A stretch of DNA of 64,000 bases from assembly GCF_001653755.1 (NCBI RefSeq), contig NZ_CP015125.1:3092194-3156193 (forward strand), written 5' to 3'. Both the position numbers and the translations under genes were made by a program. Position 1 is the stretch's first letter. Each line of letters starts with the position of its first letter. Positions 61,005-64,000 of the stretch are shown piece after piece. Below the pieces are notes generated by a model. It saw only the letters and a list, made by a program, of their open reading frames with translations. It was not told where the DNA came from and did no database searches. The DNA comes from Dokdonia donghaensis DSW-1 (GTDB lineage Bacteria > Bacteroidota > Bacteroidia > Flavobacteriales > Flavobacteriaceae).

Positions 61005-61946
61005 TTATTCTTCCTTAGGAAGAAACACCTCTGCCATCATACATCTTGCACTACCTCCTCCACAAGTTTCTATCGTACTTAAGTCGCTACTTAAAATCTC
61101 ACAGTGTTTTTCTATCTTATTAACTTGATCCTTAGTAAGGCTCTGGTGTGCATCTGCACTCATCACTAGGTACTTCTTATCATCTGCTCCCAGTACCTGT
61201 AACATATTACCTGCAAAGTGATGCATTTGCTCTTCTGTGATAGATATCACTTGCTTGCCCGTTTCTTTTAAGTGTTTCAGCACATTTTTACGCTCCTTTT
61301 TATCATCTATAGTATCAAGACAGATCACACAAAACTCCTCTGCAAGACACATCATCACGTTAGTGTGATAAATAGGTAATCTCTTACCATCTACCGTTTG
61401 GTTTGCAGTAAACACGACTGGTGTGTACTCAAAATCTTCACAAAACTCAATAAACAAACTCTCGTCTGCTCTTGCAGATAAGGCGCAGTAAGCACGCTCG
61501 TTCTGGCGGTCCATAAGAATACTACCCGTACCTTCTAGAAAAACATCTTCATCTTCTGCCTCTGTGTAGTCTACAATATTGTTAATCGTAAATCCTTCAC
61601 TTTCTAGTCGTGTAAGCACTTCTTCCCTACGCTCTCTTCTTCTATTTTCGGCAAACATAGGGTACAGGGCTACATTACCACTTTCGTGAAAAGATACCCA
61701 GTTATTTGGAAAGACAGAATCTGGAGTATTCCCTTTTATATCGTCATTTTCAACAATAACATTTACACCCACGGCGCGCAGCTTTGCAACAAAGTCATCA
61801 AACTCTTGTTGTGCTTTTGTATTGATCTCATCATTTTTAAGACTTATATCTTCTTGAAAATAATTATTAACCGCCGTCTCCTCGTTCATTCTAAACTGAA
61901 CAGGACGTATCATTAAAATTGTGTTTGTAATTTGTCGTGATGCCAT
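61005..61946 (-). CDS. Amidinotransferase-superfamily hydrolase (arginine deiminase-related / CtlX-like)
   Basis: C-terminal catalytic Cys context IETCGGGSARCMMAEV and the family-typical fold length (313 aa). Confidence 0.6.
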   Translation of the reverse strand: MASRQITNTILMIRPVQFRMNEETAVNNYFQEDISLKNDEINTKAQQEFDDFVAKLRAVGVNVIVENDDIKGNTPDSVFPNNWVSFHESGNVALYPMFAENRRRERREEVLTRLESEGFTINNIVDYTEAEDEDVFLEGTGSILMDRQNERAYCALSARADESLFIEFCEDFEYTPVVFTANQTVDGKRLPIYHTNVMMCLAEEFCVICLDTIDDKKERKNVLKHLKETGKQVISITEEQMHHFAGNMLQVLGADDKKYLVMSADAHQSLTKDQVNKIEKHCEILSSDLSTIETCGGGSARCMMAEVFLPKEE

Positions 61947-62098
61947 AGCTTACCTCGTGTATGATATTTTTATAAGTAGTGGTGAATAAAAAACTATATC
62001 GATTGCGAATTTAGGCGAGAATTTGAGGAATACCTATCTCTTTTTGACTTTTTTATTTACCAAAAAAATCGCTCTAAAAATGCCTGGATTTACGCGCT

Positions 62099-63073
62099 TT
62101 ACAGCTTGGTTATAAGATCATCTATAATCATATCGCCGTGCTCACGTGTATTCTCTATAAAGAGTTTACTTGTGCGCATTCCTGCAGCAATTACCCCAGC
62201 AACATACACACGTTCTAGTGGCGTTTCTAGCGTCTCTTGATTATGAATAGGTGTGCGTGTCTCGTCATCTGTAACAGGCAGGCCTAACTTTTCAAACAAG
62301 GTATAATCTGGCTGATAGCCTATCATTGCGAGTACGAAGTCATTTTCTAAAACGACCTTCCCATCTGGTGTATTTAAAACTACGGTAGATGGTGTTATTT
62401 CTTTTACTGTGGTATTAAAATAGGCCTTTATGGAGCCTTCTTTAATTCGGTTTTCAATGTTAGGCTTGATCCAGTATTTGGTTTTTTCATACAGGCCTTC
62501 CCCACGTATTGCCATTGTCACCTCTGCATTTTTGTAGTAGGTTTCTAGCGCGACATCACAGGCAGAGTTTGCTGCTCCCACCACCAGTATCTTTTGATCT
62601 ACATATGGGTGCGGACTGTCATAAAAGTGTTTTACCTTAGGTAGGTCTTCTCCGGGTACGCCTAGTGCGCGAGCGACATCATAAAAACCGGTGGATACTA
62701 TAACCGCTTTCGCGAAAGCGTTACCCTTATCTGTCTCAATCTCATATCCATCATCTTTAGGCGTCATTTTCTGTACCTGAGTATAGAGTTTTAATCTTAG
62801 TTTCCAAGTGTCTTGCACTCTTCTATAATACTCAAGCGCCTCCTTACGAGTAGGCTTATCTGTATGAGATACAAAAGGAACGCGACCTATTTCTAGCAGC
62901 TTTGAGGTACTAAAAAAAGTCATATTTTCTGGATACCTGTAGATGGTATTTACGAGCACTCCCTTTTCTACAATAAGGTAATTAAGTCCTTTTTTATGAG
63001 CTGCAATACCGCAGGCAAGCCCTATAGGTCCTGCGCCTATTATTATGAGATCGTATGGTGATTGTGCAAACAT
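62099..63073 (-). CDS. YpdA-like FAD/NAD(P)-dependent disulfide oxidoreductase
   Basis: YDLIIIGAGPIGLACG FAD motif and a second Rossmann ILVVGAANSACDVA. Confidence 0.68.
   Translation of the reverse strand: MFAQSPYDLIIIGAGPIGLACGIAAHKKGLNYLIVEKGVLVNTIYRYPENMTFFSTSKLLEIGRVPFVSHTDKPTRKEALEYYRRVQDTWKLRLKLYTQVQKMTPKDDGYEIETDKGNAFAKAVIVSTGFYDVARALGVPGEDLPKVKHFYDSPHPYVDQKILVVGAANSACDVALETYYKNAEVTMAIRGEGLYEKTKYWIKPNIENRIKEGSIKAYFNTTVKEITPSTVVLNTPDGKVVLENDFVLAMIGYQPDYTLFEKLGLPVTDDETRTPIHNQETLETPLERVYVAGVIAAGMRTSKLFIENTREHGDMIIDDLITKL
62705..62720. repeat. Iterated palindrome copy inside the ypdA-like gene (AFAKA)
   Basis: The protein reads NAFAKAVIV. Confidence 0.9.
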
Positions 63074-64000
63074 TATCTATTTCTCCAGAAAAATGGGGTT
63101 AATAAAATAAGTACGGTAAAAAGTTCTAGACGCCCTATGAGCATTAAGAATGCCATCCACCATTTTGCTCCTATAGGTAACCACCCATAACTATCTACGG
63201 GACTTAACCCTCCAAAGGCTGGGCCTACGTTACCTAGTGCAGATGCAGATCCTCCCAGGGCTGTTCTAAAATCAAGTCCCATTGAGGCAAGTACACTTGC
63301 CCCTATAATCCAAGAGAGCATATATAATATAAAGAATGCAAGAATGTTAAATATAATAGAGCGATCTACAGACTTAGCATTATAGCGCACAGGTAATATG
63401 GCGTTAGGATGTAATGTTCTTTTAAACTCTACTATAGCATTACGTATGGTAAGCAGGTGGCGCACAACTTTAATACCTCCCGATGTTGACCCTGCAGATC
63501 CACCTAAGAACATAAGTCCAAAGAAAATAACGGTAAGAAAAGGTGTCCACATTGTGTAGTCTGCCGTGACAAATCCTGTGGTTGTTATAACTGCTAGCAC
63601 TTGAAACAACCCGTGACGAAAAGCAGCTTCTGCCTTACCCCACACCATAGGGTGCTCTATTGTAGACAGACTAAGGTCTGCATTAAAATACATTACTAAT
63701 GACACTAAAATACCAAAGCCAAAGACAAAAGCCATATAAAGTCTAAACTCCTCATCCTTTAAAATCTTCTGGATTTTACCCTTAAATGCAAAATAGCTTA
63801 ATACAAAGTTTGTACCCGCTAGAAGCATAAAGAACGTTATAATATACTGTATAACTGGCTTATCATTCCAGTAAGCAACACTTGCATTTTTTGTAGAAAA
63901 TCCTCCAGTTGAGAGCGTACTCAATGCGTGGTTTACCGCATCAAAAAATGACATACCAGCCAGCTTAAGCAAGATGGTTTCAATCACTGTAAAGCTTACG
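63073..64000 (-). CDS. TrkH/KtrB-family potassium transporter, partial; the N-terminal part lies beyond the window end
   Basis: Selectivity-filter-like STGGFS, GGSAGSTSGGIKV and LGNVGPAF. The ORF-track Met at 63987 is internal; the family is about 480 aa. Confidence 0.72.
   Translation of the reverse strand, partial: VSFTVIETILLKLAGMSFFDAVNHALSTLSTGGFSTKNASVAYWNDKPVIQYIITFFMLLAGTNFVLSYFAFKGKIQKILKDEEFRLYMAFVFGFGILVSLVMYFNADLSLSTIEHPMVWGKAEAAFRHGLFQVLAVITTTGFVTADYTMWTPFLTVIFFGLMFLGGSAGSTSGGIKVVRHLLTIRNAIVEFKRTLHPNAILPVRYNAKSVDRSIIFNILAFFILYMLSWIIGASVLASMGLDFRTALGGSASALGNVGPAFGGLSPVDSYGWLPIGAKWWMAFLMLIGRLELFTVLILLTPFFWRNR

Overview
This 64-kb window looks like a chromosomal segment of a Flavobacteriia/Bacteroidota genome. 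That assignment is an inference from low GC, dense coding and Bacteroidota-typical synteny: bamD-rpoZ-coaBC, parA-parB-DUF5683-dapB-lepB-WbqC, and tandem long rhomboids next to mutL. Most of the window is housekeeping: two-component system, coaE, fabI, recN, coaBC, dapA, ligA, aqpZ, prmC, ribD, trxB, parAB, dapB, lepB, mutL, ribH, recF, argS. I saw no rRNA, tRNA, CRISPR, integrase or transposase genes.

Two things stand out.

1. A roughly 10-kb locus at about 28.0-38.3 kb encodes an XRE-HTH/S24-like repressor divergently transcribed from a co-directional gene string. The string is a YbjN-like protein, a PspA/IM30 (ESCRT-III superfamily) protein, an NfeD/YqiJ-like membrane protein, a flotillin (SPFH) protein and a 1625-aa protein. 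The giant protein has a long domainless coiled-coil N-terminal region and a single C-terminal AAA+ ATPase module. Immediately upstream sits a PadR / PspC-domain / DUF2807 (Toast-rack) module. Together they form an extended membrane-stress and membrane-remodelling supercluster that I cannot assign to any characterised system.

2. The palindrome GCTTTCGCGAAAGC, often extended to the perfect 20-mer TACGCTTTCGCGAAAGCGTA, occurs at least 19 times perfectly and about 4 times degenerately in 64 kb. Copies lie in intergenic regions, often right after stop codons, and inside CDSs. Intragenic copies most often encode the pentapeptide AFAKA. This is a highly-iterated-palindrome signal, comparable to HIP1 or DUS/USS elements.
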